Positions 37,080 through 51,476 of a DNA stretch of 64,000 nt are shown one piece after another. Made by a program: the position numbers and the translations under genes. Numbering within the stretch: the first letter of the stretch is position 1; every line of letters begins with the position of its first letter. The notes beneath the pieces were generated by a model that saw only the letters and a program-made list of their open reading frames with translations, was not told the DNA's origin and did not search any database. The stretch covers positions 1 to 64,000 of the forward strand of contig RBZT01000978.1 of NCBI GenBank assembly GCA_003693705.1, given 5' to 3'. Source of the stretch: Polymyxa betae A26-41. Taxonomy: Eukaryota; Protista; Endomyxa: Phytomyxea.

Positions 37080-39475
37080 ATGGCAGGATCTTCTATAAGG
37101 ACTCCCTCCCGACCGGACCTTAACTCTATATTCAATACCAGGCAGCGTAAACCACGATCTACACAATCAAAGAATGCCAATGCCAAACAGCAACCTGCCA
37201 TCGTGCAGGGCGATCTCGTACAGCTGTATGCTGCCAAAATTGAGCAGAAACAGATTCATAATCGTGCCGATGCAGTACTTGTCAAGCGCTCTCGTGTAAG
37301 TGGTCACTGTTGCCACGACTATAACGTTGAATGCCGTTTAGTCGCCACAGGGTGCTGATGAGAGGATAACACGACGCCGAGTTGACTTGGAATCCTCTGA
37401 GGAGCACTGCTCAACGTTATCGAATTCCAAAGTTAGTCAAATATTTAGTTTAGTTGCAACGGTTGATGGACTTGTAGGATATCGATCAAACTACCTCAGG
37501 TTTACGAGAGATTGTCGTGCTTCCTGAAAGAGACAATTTAGTCGTAAATATTGCTAAAGATGGTGTACTTGAGCTCAACAAACTTCCAATCAACCTGAAT
37601 TCTGATGAACCCACTATTACTGCGCCTTTAGAACAGATCTATAATCCTGTTATCAAAGTAACCACGTTCTTGAATCTCTCAAGAGTCTCTTTAACAATAT
37701 GGTTTCAGATTTCAGAGCCTTTTAAGCGGACTGAAACAGAGTCTGCTTCAGTTGGCAGAGCAGTGAAGCTGACAAGAGCTCAGTTACTGATGAAATCTGC
37801 ATTAGCGCCCGACCGCGCTCCTAAATTTCAAGATATTCCCAAAATTCGGAACATATCTTCTGCCGGTTCACAGATCAAAAATGCAGAACCAGAAACCGTG
37901 GAAATTGTTTCTACCAGCGACATAGCAAAAGTATAGGAGGAGTTCTCAGCTGCCGCTTCTTACAGTATCTTGTCCAGGTGCGAGATGATTGGGTTTCGAC
38001 TGCCAACCGGCTGCTAACACCTGAATTGCATATTCCTGTTCGATTACAGAATTTAAAAGAGGCAATCACTCAATTGCGGCTTTCCTATTCAATGACCGGT
38101 TTACAGATCTTTAAAGCTGTTGAAACGACAATGAACGTGCACAAAGCTCGCCGTCGAATCTCTGTTCCGGTCAAATTTTTGTCACAGGAATGGCTTTACA
38201 AACTCAATATTTCGCTTAGTTACCAGAACTTTCATCTGGTGTAGAATCCATCGTTAAGAAGACATTCACAAAATCGTATCTGGCACAGATTGTTCACTTG
38301 TTTCCTGAAGGGTATTCCCTGCATAACAGGTCGATTCGTGATTCGGAATCAGGCAGAAACGGTACTAGAAATGTTCTATGGTCGCAAATATTATTCCAAA
38401 TGATGGTACAGAAAATGTTATTATGGTAACCATGGTGGAACTGCCAGGATCGAGCAGCTTGAACCAGCTGCAAAGGAATCAACACAGGCTCGACCGTTTT
38501 CACGATTGCTTACTCAAGTTTGTTTTCCGGTTTTATCTTCAATGGCTCAAAGTCTCTGCGTTACGAATCTCCTTTCGTTGCTTCATTTTGACTGTTCTCA
38601 TTAGACTAAATATCCTGAACACTATAATGAGGTGGAATCATCCGGTCTTTACCATCTTAAATCGTGGCATTCTGCGTTTCCTGTAGAACGTTGTCCTGCA
38701 GTCCCACTCTGTCAACTACCTGTACCTCCTGCGTCCGCATCGAGTAATGAGTTGGCAAGGCTTGTTGGTGTAAACGCTCCCGAACGACAGTGTCCAGTTG
38801 ATCTCAATTGCTGTAGGAAGGCGATGCCAAGCAAAAAGTAGCTGCGGAACATGAAAGCAAGGCAAAGGTCAGTGGGGTATTGTGCTTTTTTGATTTTACT
38901 CATTGACTTTAGGCTTTACCGGCAGAAGGCATTAGCAATACTGATATTCCCGAAGGACTTCAAGGCCTGCCATTGTCGCTGATTCAAAAGATTCGGTCAA
39001 AGGAAGCGGCTGCTCGCAAGCTTACTGAAGAGATAGGAACGAAGCAACAGATACAAGCAGACATGTAATTTGTACAGTGTCCTGCCCGTTTAGCTGTTTA
39101 ATATTGAGTCGCATCAGTGATTTGGATTCCTTGCCTAATTTTGTTGTGTTGGTGCATGGGATGTTCTCTGCTCTAGGGAGGCCCTCAATGCTCTTTTCTG
39201 CATTCATTGCACAGCTGAAATTCAAGCTCAAGCAACAATTCGTGTCTGAAGGTAACTTCTGAGATTAGAGTGTGACCTTGTAATGAACACCCGTAGGTTC
39301 CATCTTGAATCGAGTCAATCTTCTATTAGAGCTTCTTCCTAGCTTTTGCCAAAAAGTTGCGGATGGCCGCATAGAAGCATTTCGCATTGATTTGAGTGCC
39401 AACATTGGTCATCTAAGATCGGAGTTACGTTATAAGATCAATCAGAGCAAAAGTAAAAGGAATTCTAAAGTGTAA
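37080..39475 (+). CDS. CDT1: DNA replication licensing factor Cdt1-like
   Basis: Central winged helix (FKAVETT, FTKSYLAQIVHLFPE, RLDRFHDCL, WHSAF) and C-terminal GLPLSLIQKIRSKE and LPNFV. Confidence 0.8.
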
Positions 39476-39672
39476 TTTCCTGCAAGTCTGAAACATGCAC
39501 CTATATCGTTGTCCATCAGATCTGGCGATGATTATGTGGCATAAGGGGATTCACGATTGTCATATATCATTAGACATTAGCCAACATTATTATTATGTAT
39601 GTAAATATATATATCACACTGGTTATTCCTTATTATAATGGCGTTAATCACACAAACACTACTAACTGACAA

Positions 39673-42479
39673 TTACTCAGGGTTATACCGAATAATATCA
39701 GAAGTGCCTGAATCCCGAGACAAATACTCCCTTGAGATGAGATCCACAATAATATCTGTCAACATTCCATCTTCAAGCAGAAACTGTTGTCTAGTCTTCT
39801 CGATAATTTGCGCTTTTAGTTCTTGGATCCTGAGGGTCTTCTTCATTTTCATCAATTTGACTATATATGCTTCGATAACATGCTTTCGATCCTGTATACA
39901 TTTAAAAGTAGCATGAGAAATCTAAGTGCAATCACCTCTTTTATAGTAGCAACTGATTTTCGTAGCTCATTGTCGGCAACAGGTACCTCCGCGCCTAAAC
40001 TTATACATATCTGCCTCTGAGAAGTAGAGAACTTGAAATTGACTGAAAGTACGTCTTTGGTCGAGTATGACTGCGGAGGGTCTTTCAGCAATACCTGAAC
40101 ATAGTAAATCGAATCTGAAAACCGTTACAAATTGACAGACATTGAATTTCCCAGTGCACATATGCCGCAGCGCCCGCTTGATCATGGACAAACTAAGTCC
40201 CGTTAATGCAGGCAAGTCTTTGATAGCAATAGAGTCTGTTTGGTTAAACTGCAAAAGAATGACCGCTTGAATCGAGGACAAGTGTATTTCAGGTGCAGAC
40301 CGAAAACATATAGCTGAAGGGATTAAGTGTCATAGCAGGCAGACTGAAATTTTAATACCGGTTATAATACAATTTGCTGCAGAATGAATCCATGATATAC
40401 ATCGTCCAACAGTTGCCTTTCTATAAAGTTCTTCAAGTGCAATTAAACCTGAGGAAATCCTCGGCGGAATAAGCATTCCTTTTTCGCAGTCAACTAGCGA
40501 TTTTGGCCAGGAGCCTGTTGTTAAAATGCGCCCAGAAAACTGGATATTGTCGAGTCGAGTAAACAATGGAGGATGGCGGGTAACATCAGAAATCATCACG
40601 TCCATCTGATGAGTAAATCCTTTCCCCAATAAACCACGAAGCTGTTCAACGAAAGCCTTATCCCTAAAATATCGTGTTGGTCGATATACGAACCTCATTT
40701 TAAAGTTTGTAAGTTAAGTTACCCGTTATTGTCGACATCTGAGTTCAGCAACCGATTCGCTAATCCATTGCGGAAATGGACTGAGAAGACATCTTTCTCT
40801 TGACGAAGGCAACAAACAAGAGCAACGAGGTTTTCAATTTGCTGAATGTCCCCATCTTGACAGTATATATCAGCAGTGAAAGATTATCCACACACTTTTT
40901 CAGTACCGCCTAGTAGCAGCTTGTTTAAGTAATTGCAAACAAGCTGTGCACTGTTATTAGCCGCTTCCAGGATAAACTCAAATGCGTCATGAAGGGCCCG
41001 ATGGAATCTATCGTTAAGCAATAAGCATATTATTGGGTTACAGTCAAGAACTAACCGGATCGAATTTTTGAACGCAGCTTGAATTAATTGCAATTCTGAA
41101 ATGCGAAGGGCTATGGCATTACCAATAAAGCTCTCAGGATCATTCGCTAGAAGCTTCCCTTGATTAATGATGTGCTCTTGACACAGTGTTGCTAGCATAT
41201 CAAGAGAAGCCGGATGTCCTTGATAGAGGGAATACGCTAGAGACAGATCTGGCTAGCATTAGTAAATGCCGGTGTGGGTTCCACATAAAAAACGTCTTAC
41301 CTGTAGCGGAGCGTTTAACAAACATTGCATTGAAGCCTTCGTCCTCATCAGCAAGCATAACGGGAAAATGTTTAATCAACAAGTTTGAATGCAAACATCC
41401 AGTAACAGCAGATATAGATTCCTCTAAAAGCCAGTGGCTAAAGAACGAGATCTCGTTTGAAAGAATGTTAGAAACCTATAAAGGCACAATTCTTGAGCCA
41501 AATATCACGCACTGAGGGTTGCAGAATACCCGACTTAAATAGAGAGAAGTTCCCAATTCAGAGAGAAGATCAATAGAATCATTACCACCATAGAATCGCT
41601 CTGTACCGCGAATAATAGGCCTAGAAAGAAAGTCCTCGTACAACGTTTTTGGCTAGAGAATTTTAGAAGAATATTTTAGATGGCCCAGCGCATTACGTTG
41701 CCAGGTAGCATTCTAAGTTTTAAAACGCACTTTAAAACAGTCTTAAGCAGTCTGATATCCCCATCGTAAGGCTTCATTATCGGAATGCAGGTGGATCGGA
41801 ACTGTAAAATTTCGTTTTGAATAGCAGTACTTAGTCCACTTCTGAATTCGGAGAAAACAATTGCATGAAAGCAGGATAAGCATAATTGCTCTATCGACAG
41901 ACATTGTTCCCTTTTCACATGGAATTGATTCTAAAGAAATCTTTCAGAAACCATATAGAGTAAAGATCATTCCTACCAAGTAATTATAAACACAGCTCAA
42001 ATACTTTTCCACAAAAGTGAATTCGTGGTAAAGGTTCTGGAACTGAGAAAGAGCTGAACCATAGCGGGATCTGGGAAGCAAATCGTCACGAAGCCACGTG
42101 GACAACATCTGTTCAAGCCTGGAATATATCTCTTGGCCAAATACGCAGCCTTGCTGACATAAATCGAAAACCATCCTACAAATTATACATTTCAATAACA
42201 AAAGCAAACCGCATCGAGCGAAGGCATCGAACTGCAAGCAGAAAATTAAACTCACGTATAGGCTTTAATAACCTGTAATTTCACAGGATCATTTCCATTC
42301 TTAATCGACTCGATTAACGATAAGAACTGGTCTGACAACATCCTCCAGCCAGTATCAATCGATATCCATGCTTTGGTATTATGTTCTAAATAAGTATGGG
42401 CGTGATCAGAAGCACCGAGCAGAACACGGGTATAAGCATCCATGAGATCTCCAGAAAAAATGGATTTTGAGACATCCAC
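39673..42479 (-). CDS. Divergent cullin
   Basis: FHRALHDAFEF, ILTTGSWP, MSSIQAVILLQFN, and neddylation-site region DRKHVIEAYIVKLMK...LISREYLSRD. Start approximate. Confidence 0.88.
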
Positions 42480-42596
42480 AAGGAGCGAAAGACAATTAAT
42501 AAAAACACCTTTGAGTGAGGTCGTCTCGAGTGAAACGCAAATGTCACGCAGACAATCCAGTCAATTAAAGAGGCCTCGCTGTCTGTTACAGTATAA

Positions 42597-43859
42597 ATGT
42601 CACTGCTCTCTATAGCACAATTTCAACACAATGATATCAGCCTGGTTCTATGGCTAACAGCTACTTCAGATACACAGCGCTATCAGCTCTCCATAACTGA
42701 TGCTGCCCGTTTATGGAACACTATAGTCGACCTTAAAGACTCACCACCCGAGTATCCCGATGCTCGTGCCTACAAGGAACTTGTATTGCGGTCCAGTGCT
42801 AGTTTGATTCGTCAATCCCCTCTCATTCGATTACAGATGCTTGGGACATCAAGATACTGGATCATTTCATTACGAGTTTGATAACCTGAAAGACTCACTT
42901 CAGGTTTGCTGATTGATGTCAGCTGGATAGCCTTTAATAATAGTAGTAAGTTATCAGTCTCCCGGTTGATAAGCACTACAGCTGGCGCTATACGAGTATT
43001 TTTGTTTATATAACCATCGCTTGAATTGATTCTTGCAGCAAGGTCTTTTCTCGACAACGTTGCAATCTAATTCTGAATGTCGAACGGAAATTATGTCCTT
43101 ACTGCTGCAATGCATCTCCAAAATCGATACACTTCGCGTAATTCGGAAATTTTGATCTTCTTTGGAGATAATTAGAAACATAGTTGGAAAGACGGAAAAT
43201 TCGCTTTGCTAACGAACGCCTTGTTAAAGAAAACGCACAGTTACAGGAATTTCACGATAAAGTAATTCAGATGTGGTAGCAACATTTCATTTATAAGATT
43301 TACATTCTATAGGCCTGCGAAGCGAAGTTGATTTCGGAAGAAGAAGTGATGCACAGCTGTGTTGCTCTAAATTTTACTCAGTTCGACACAGATAATATCT
43401 CGCATTGCTAGCTTACAAGCAAAAATAGAACGAAACTTGTTGCGGGACAGAGATGTCGTGAATTCGCATATACAGCACCAAGATGAAAGGGAACAATCTC
43501 CACCCCGCCTGTCCCAGAGTTTCTACCATCTTGCAATCTGAAAATTAGTTATTTAGTGCTTTTTAGGTCCAGTTAAGGAGGCTGTTTCTGGAGATGTTTC
43601 TGGAATCGAGGCAGCTTTAAATCAGGCTACAAAATCGGATTTAATTCAGCCTAGCATCCATAAAGGTCGCAAACGAAGAACTGCTAAAGCCGGAAATAAA
43701 GCAGTTTCAACAACGTCATCCCAACATGAAAAATCACCGCAAGGCAACAAGCGACTCAAAGCTGGGTAAGCAATATGAAGCATATCGTGTATGCACATGA
43801 TTGATTTTAAAATTTATAGTTATATTGGTTCTGAGGATCTAATCTCTCAGCTGGAATAA
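42597..43859 (+). CDS. XRCC4-like NHEJ factor (tentative)
   Basis: Head motif LSITDAARLW, coiled coil (LVKENAQLQE..ACEAK...EEEV), basic KGRKRR and terminal SEDLISQLE*. Resembles XRCC4 architecture. Confidence 0.5.
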
Positions 43860-44118
43860 GTGGGCAGGATCCAAGAAGCGAACTGTACAACAGGACAGCG
43901 AATATCATCAATTTAAGTGAAATAAAGTGTTTGAGTTTACAAGGTTTGCTGTGACCACAACTGCAACAGTAACTTCAAATTTGTATGTATGTGATGGAAT
44001 GCCGGTTGGCCATAATCAATCATCATGACCGGTCCTAAACCTGAAATTCGTCAGAGCTGAACTAGTGCGTGATAAAATTTCCTTTCAGAATCTTTTTGCA
44101 ATTGTTGGTCACTGAACA

Positions 44119-45406
44119 ATGTATGCCGCTCTGGACAATCTTTCTGACGGTGACAGCGATAATGAGTTAGCACTTTGTAATATCCGGCCTGTATATCGGC
44201 TATCTCCAGCAGAACTATTATGTCGACCTCTCGACATTCTAGAAGTGAGAGAAACACGGCCTCGTGGCCTTTTGAATCAGGTAACTATAATATAATCGGA
44301 TCAACCTGTTCTTATACCAGATCAGAGGAACAACTGCTATCTAAATGCTGTTCTGCAATCACTGTTTGCCTTTAATGGTTTTCGAGCAGTTCTGCAGAGG
44401 CTTAATCTTCTGTTAGATTATCTAGATGTTGATACAACCCCTGTCTGTCTTGCTTTACATATATTATACCAACAGGTATCACAGGAGCTAAAATGCCTTA
44501 TTCATTCTTTTGAAGTGCTGTTAGTGGTTGGGTGAAGAGCTCACAGATACCTCTATGTGGAGATGTCCATCGATATATCCCCAGTCTTTTGAAGAAATTC
44601 TAATCCGTTTCTCCAAGGATATCGGAAGCCATGAAGACGCTCATGAATTTTTCCATTACCTTGTTGACACAATGCACGAGGAGTTATCTAAGTTGCAAAG
44701 TGCCGAACACAATACGAACGGTCCCCAATCGTCGTTGACGGGATTCGTTGCTGTACCGTCGAGAAGAAAGAATCGTGTCGTAATCAGTCTCAATGAATCG
44801 CCTATATCTCGACTATTTTGTGGTCGAATACGATGTTTAATCGCTAAAAAGAATTCACAGCATTGCGTCCCCTTTTTCTCGTTGCAACTGTCTTTAGATG
44901 CATCGAGAACGCAACCCATTGAAAATTTGTTATCCGAATTCTCCAGGCCAACCAAACTACAGGCTCGAAAAGAAGGAAAACAAATATTTACCTCACAAAC
45001 TTCGCTTATTGACGTGTTTCCTGAAATACTAGCGCTTCATCTGAAAAGGTATTATTAGGCAGACAGCAATGTGTATCTAGGAATGACGAATGAAAACAGA
45101 TTTGCCTTTAACGGCTCAGTCGTACAGAAAGTCCATCAACATGTTCAATTTCCAGAGACTTTGACTTTCCCTGATGTTTCTTTGACAAAAGCTTTGAAAA
45201 ATTCCGGGCATACTTACATATTACGCTCTGTAATTTGTCACTTTGGGCAATCACCAGCACGAGGACATTATACTGCTTATTTTCGCCACCCCAAGTATGA
45301 ATGGGTGTGTGCTGATGACAGTAATGTCAGTCGAGTGAAATGGTCTGACGTCCGAGATCAGCAAGCTTATATCTTGTTCTATGAGCTAAATAAAAAGCAT
45401 CGCTAA
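44119..45406 (+). CDS. Ubiquitin-specific protease (C19; USP10/Ubp3-like)
   Basis: PRGLLNQRNNCYLNAVLQ, HEDAHEF, LHLKR, HFGQSPARGHYTA, ADD and AYILFY. Confidence 0.93.
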
Positions 45407-45476
45407 CTGCAACTTTGTGATTCGCTAAGTGAAGCTCTTCAAATAAAACATTATTATATGGAAAACATTATAGATT

Positions 45477-46867
45477 TCAGGATAATGGCGGCGATTCCGG
45501 TGACGGGTATTTCAAAGGATCTCGGGCAATAAATACAGTGGCTGTCGAAGCAACCATATCAGTTTGCTGCTCAGAGACTTTAACAGAAACTGATGACGAT
45601 ATCCCGGTGCGAATATCTTGAAACACTAGAGCGCATTATAAATACCCTGAAAAGACATAGATGGACGCATACCATCTGTGACATCAGCAGCAGACAGAAG
45701 CGATCTTAACATGGGTGGAGTGATTTGACTCCAAGGAACACCAACAGAAAAATCTGCTGAAGGAAATGCCCAGCGATGAGCATTAGCGAAAGCTACCATC
45801 TCGATGCAGATGATCAAATCTTCAAAACGTTCGATATTTCCATGAGATCCCTAAAAAGGTCATCGGAACTTTCATTACAAATCACCAAGTACACTACTTG
45901 TAAAATTCCCATAGAAACTAGAAAGGCGATTAATACGCTTTGCCAAAACGTAAAGAAGATCAATCCTTTGATGCAAAACATTTTAGGGACAGGTCGAATG
46001 TGTTTCAAGTCGTCAGCAAAGGCTAGGTATAAAATCATCAGGCAATACATTGCCTATTATGGTGGTAAGCTCAAAGACAAATTAACGAAGAGGAAATACC
46101 CATATCTGGCTGCAATTGATGACGAAAGAGACATAGGCGTAGCCTTATTGTACAATAAGTTGTGATGATTATAACTGAATGAAAAGAATTATACCTGCAT
46201 TGACAGCAATAACACCTTCCCTGTATACACCAAATGCCCCCAAAATCAAAGCAATCAGGCCCATCAAAGGCTTGACTGCAACATACTGCAGGATACCAAA
46301 CTGCACTTTAAGCAGAAAATGGGTACCCATTTTCCAGGAAGGAAGGAACTAAGCAAAGTGGAAGTGTTTAAACAGCAAACAGTAAGAAAAATCTTACACT
46401 GAAAGGAAAGAAGTGACGTTGTTGAGGTTTGGATCGCAAGAGAGATGCCATGGCATCAGTGCCGCCCAGGATTATGCTCATGAATTTGAAGAAGGAATAG
46501 ATAACGAAAGCTTCCTAAAATGCAGGATAAAATTATTAAACAATATTGTTTGAAATAAATATTTCCTACATAGCAATCACGTATAGTATCGAAATATATC
46601 GAATACCCGATGGTCGTGGAAAGGAACGATGTCCAAGCATAAACTATACGAAATCATTCGAGGAATTATCAATCGAGAGCTCTAGGTCGAACCTGGGCAC
46701 ATTAAAAGTACCCTATTCACATGGACTTTTAGAGCCGTATTTGGGTTATGTCGAAGATGGTCGCGAACTTGAAGAAATGTCAATACGGTGGCGACGACAG
46801 CACAGATAGCTGCAGCAGTCGTCGTTGACTGGCTGATTTGAATATTGATGATGATGGGAGGCGACAT
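45477..46867 (-). CDS. TMEM184/OST-alpha family membrane protein
   Basis: [29 protein letters not shown] and IICIEM..AHRWAF. Confidence 0.9.
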
Positions 46868-47040
46868 GATGATCTAACCCTGACCATCACCTTTACGCAA
46901 ATGAAACCGTTAAAACAAATTTACCGCAGATTGAATCTGTTCTATGAAGATATGACACACAATTACAGTCGCTCTGTCGTATAGAAGACATAAATAGTTT
47001 ATTAAACAATGGATCACTCAATAATGACGTGGAGACGTCA

Positions 47041-48434
47041 TCACACCTGTGATGAAAGCTTGCCAGCACGATTCCTGTGCGGTATTCGACGTTCCATCCA
47101 GTAAACAGGGAACGCGAACATCACAATGACAAGAACTAGCTGGGATATGTTCCAAGCGGTAACACTGAGATGAAATAATGACTGAAATACCAGCCCATGT
47201 GCTAAGAATATGATTGAATTGATAAGAAACAGAACACCGATCAGCATTCCGAAGTTCTGATAGCCAAAATCGACACTCATTACGAAGAAAATCCAGGAGA
47301 AGAAGCAACTTCGACTAACAGGGTACAGCAACAGTGCAGTTAGCAATAACCCGATGCTATTGACGCAGAGAAGAAGTGCAATAGAATATCCTAATAAAAG
47401 AGACATTACCAGGACTGCAGACTTCACAATCCCGAAACGATCAATGACAGCGCCAAAGAGAGGGTTTATAATCCTAAACATATTTAGAAAAGCAAGTAAG
47501 AAAAAAAAACAGCTGGAATCATACACGCCAGTTAATAGAAGCAGTTGGCTTAAATCGGTGTAGGACTGCACAGTTTCGATACTGGCAGCCACCCCAAGTG
47601 CATTGCTAATTTGTTCTTTAGTTAGGACCAGGAAACTGTTCAGATAAAACAAAATGACGGGTAGAAACAGGGCCATGCCGAAATAGCTCGAAGTGAACAT
47701 CTGAGATCCTAGCGATTTTCGGCTCTCGAGCGCTCTCGCTCCACTTGTAATACAGAACTTGAATATGGAAGGTTGAACCTTGTCATCAATTGAGACAGAT
47801 TTGGTTCCGAACGCTTGCATAGGCCAAACCACAAAGGAGGCAATCGCAAGAGCCAGCTGTAAGCTAGCCAGTATGATTAGCAGAATCTGGAACGAGAAAC
47901 CCAAACCATAAAGATTTTTGATGAGGAGAAATAGAAGACAGGAGACCTGAAATGCCCCGATTTGCAATGAGACGACTAATCCTCGATTGTTTGGAAACAG
48001 CGCTGCCAGATGGATTGTTGAAACCTGAGTTCCAGGGCCACATAATCCAATCAGAGTACAGGCAACATACAGAGCCTGAAAATATTGCAATCCAAACGAT
48101 AGGATGAATGTTCCAAAACCCAGTAATGACATGCAAATCCCAGAGCATCGTTTAGGGCCAACTGCATCTAGTAAAAGACCACATAGAAACTGTCCTAGGG
48201 CTACAGCCATGATACCTGTCTGCCCTAATATCATAAAATTGATTTCCTTATGCATATTCTCCTCTTCTAAGATGATTCTGAGAGAGGCAAAGCCATACAT
48301 CTGGCATTATTAAGAAACCAGTGATTGAAGATTAGACTTCGACAGACCATTCCGCTGGACATAGCAATCTGAAGTAGAGATAACAATACAAGCGGCCATC
48401 GTAACTTTTCGTAATTAATATTCAATAAAGACAT
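47041..48434 (-). CDS. MFS transporter, SLC43/Fmp42-like
   Basis: About 12 TM segments. RWPLVLLSLLQIAMSSGM|MYGFASL, GLLLDAVGPK, LFPNNRG and DFGYQNFG. Confidence 0.85.
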
Positions 48435-49042
48435 ATCGGCTTGAGAAAAAGAAAAGTGAAAAGTGAAAGAAAGCAGATCAGGGTCGCGTCATATACAAAG
48501 GACACATGAGAATTGACCTGCGCAGTAGTATAGTTAGTCAATTAATCAATTGATCTCATCCTTTATTAGTTATTGAGTCTTCGCCATACAGAATCGTAGC
48601 CGAACTGGCATTTAAATAAGTGGTGACGTTGATGTGATGATACTGTCCCAGTAGAGCTCGCTTTTCGCTGGTGTGCCAATTGCAATGTCAGAAGGACCTA
48701 TTGTTTGCGGTGATGATACTTTTGCATGTTCTAATAATATGTTGCTAGTCACGCTTGTTGAGAGGATGTCATGCAAGTTCGTTGTATGTACAAGATCCCT
48801 CCGACCTAGCTATTCTTGTCTATGTAAGACACACCTGTGATACAGATTAGTATCACGTAGCTGTCTTGTGGTAGTTCAGATTGACGTCTGATCAGAGGAC
48901 GTCGCCACCTCAATGGTGTCGGATTTCGTGCGAGCCGAGAGAGAATGAGGTCGCGTCCTGTGACCAGAACGATAGATCTCCATTACGATATTGCGATAGC
49001 AAATCAGATGAATCGGTTGTTGCGTCCTGCATTTTTCAGACC

Positions 49043-51139
49043 ATGACCACACGTGATCCCAACAATCTCGAATCACCATTGCTAACTGCTCACAATGATA
49101 ACAGGAAGTTCACTGTAGCGGCACTATGGCTGAAAGATGCCATGGGTTTTCGATCAGTGAATTTGAAAACATTGGATCCACCATCGCTGATTTACCTTAA
49201 CATCGATAGGAATTCGGCACTACAATTTCTATACTCACGACCTTTTCAAATTGTTCTTTTGATGGCTGTTTGCTTACATTTGATTGTACCTGTGGTTCCT
49301 GCTATCATGTTTCCATTCAAGCTGTTATGTATTATTCTTGTCTATGCAACACGTGAAGCGCTTCTGCTTTATGTTCGCCCTTTTCGGCTGCGAGTCGTTG
49401 CGAGAATATTGGCAATATTGACCATGCTCTACCTAACTATCCAGTCGGAAATTTCCACCATCTCACCTCATGACGCTGCCATGGTATGTGGCGTATTTGC
49501 TCCTCTATTTTTAATCGATGTGTTTCCTTCATTACGGTTTATGGCAACCGCTATGATTACAGCCAGTATTAGTGTCTTTCCTATTGTCATTTCTATCGCC
49601 TGTCTCGTGATTCTCTTCGGCTGTGTTGGGCATCTGTTCTTTTCAGGACATTTTTTCGGTCTCGCAGCAAATAACAACTTTCGAGACATGACCACATCGA
49701 TATTCTCAATGTTGTATTTAATGACAACTGTTAACTTCCCGGATATTATGATGCCAAATTATCATCAGAAGGGTGTCGTATTCGTATTTTTTGGCCTTTA
49801 TTTGGTGCTAACACTGCTCATGTTCGCATGGTTGTTAGCTTCCGTGTATGGTTCGTACATAGATATTCGGCTGAAACAGCTAACGGGCATGGTTTTAAAT
49901 CAGAAAGCATCTTTGGTGCGCGTATTCGATCGTATTGCTACCAATGCTGAGACATTAAGCCGGGAAGATTTCGAATGCCTGATGTCATACTATCGTCCAG
50001 ATCTAAAAGAACATTATGCTCAGGCTTTGTATACGTTAATGGATCATGATGAAGTTGGATATATATCGAAACGATGCTGGCTTGATCACGCCAATAGATG
50101 TCTTGATATTACAATTCAACAGCAGAAACATTCTGATACTAAATTCCGCCATCCGATTCACATTCTGGCTACAAGTGTTCCAGTTCTGTTAATTCGTGCA
50201 TTCGTGATCGCAATTGATGCCTGGCTACTCTTTGAACGTGCTCTGATTCCTGTATCAGAAGCACATCTGAAATCCGTTCAACTTTCCATTCGTCTTTTAC
50301 AGGGAGTCTTCTTGTTCGAGGCTATCGCGAAAATAATTTTACTTCGCGGTTTGATTCTGCAGAACAAGTTCCAGAAAATCGACATTGCTGTTATATTGGT
50401 ATCATCTGTGGGAATACTTGATTTCAAATATCACGAATATTTTCAGTTAGTCGCCATCGGGCGGGTGTTCAGCCTGATACCACTTTTCGAAAAAACGCAT
50501 TCACTGAAAAGAATATCACTTCTTCTGTCAGGCATGTTGGCCATGACTCTTTCAGTTTTTTATGTGTTTGCTTATGTCGGGGCGTTATTGTTTGCTGATA
50601 AGGTCACTGATACTCCCGAACTGAGAGCCAAAATAATGGCTGCTGATAAAGATGTTGCCAACATTTGGATTGGAGCACATTATTTCGACTTGAACTTCAA
50701 CACGTTTGCCGACGGACTCGTCATGTTGTTCGTTCTGGCTATTGTCAATAACTGGCATGTTATCACAAACGGGTATCTGATTCCGTTTCAATTTAATCGC
50801 AGCTGAATTTCTTTCTCTAGCTACATAATATTAACTGATTCCATCAACACCAGTATCTTCTTCATCAGCTTCTATTTCGTAGCGGTCGTGCTTGTATTGA
50901 ACATTGCCACAGGTCTCATTCTGGAAGAATTCATGCTGAATCGAATTCCTCGTTCCCAGTGGCAAAGCCGTCTTCTGCAAATATTAACGAAACAATTTGC
51001 AGACGTCCCAGTGACCGATTGGGTGGTCAGAAAACCAGTACATCTCCAGCTCATGCTCATGGATCATATCGATTCCGAATTGTCCACTCTAAGTCATTTC
51101 AAAACTCTGTTTCGGACAACACATTTAATGCCTGTTTAA
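49043..51139 (+). CDS. Two-pore channel (TPC) with EF-hand-like linker
   Basis: Two 6-TM repeats with filters MTTVNFPDIMMP and LAIVNNWH. Linker DHDEVGYIS. One intron near 50773-50820. Confidence 0.9.
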
Positions 51140-51476
51140 CTTATGGTGAGCGTTGAACCAAAGTCAAATTCAATGTTTTTTAAAATCCCACTTCATAAAA
51201 AATGGTCTAGCCGGAGTTGTTCATGATAATAATTAAGGAAATTGCAAAAACACGGTTCGAAAACTCGTGCTCCAACAACAATAGTTTTGCTTTTCTCATC
51301 TGGTTTTAGTTATCTGTACTGCAGTAATCAAATACTTTTCTTAATCATTTGAATCAAGATTTCAGAGTTCAGAATTCGCACTAATTTTTTCTTGAACAAA
51401 CTACCTGTTGTTGATCATGAAGAATCTCAACATTTTAACACAATCTAGATTGGATGGCTAGATCCGAAGCTTGACC

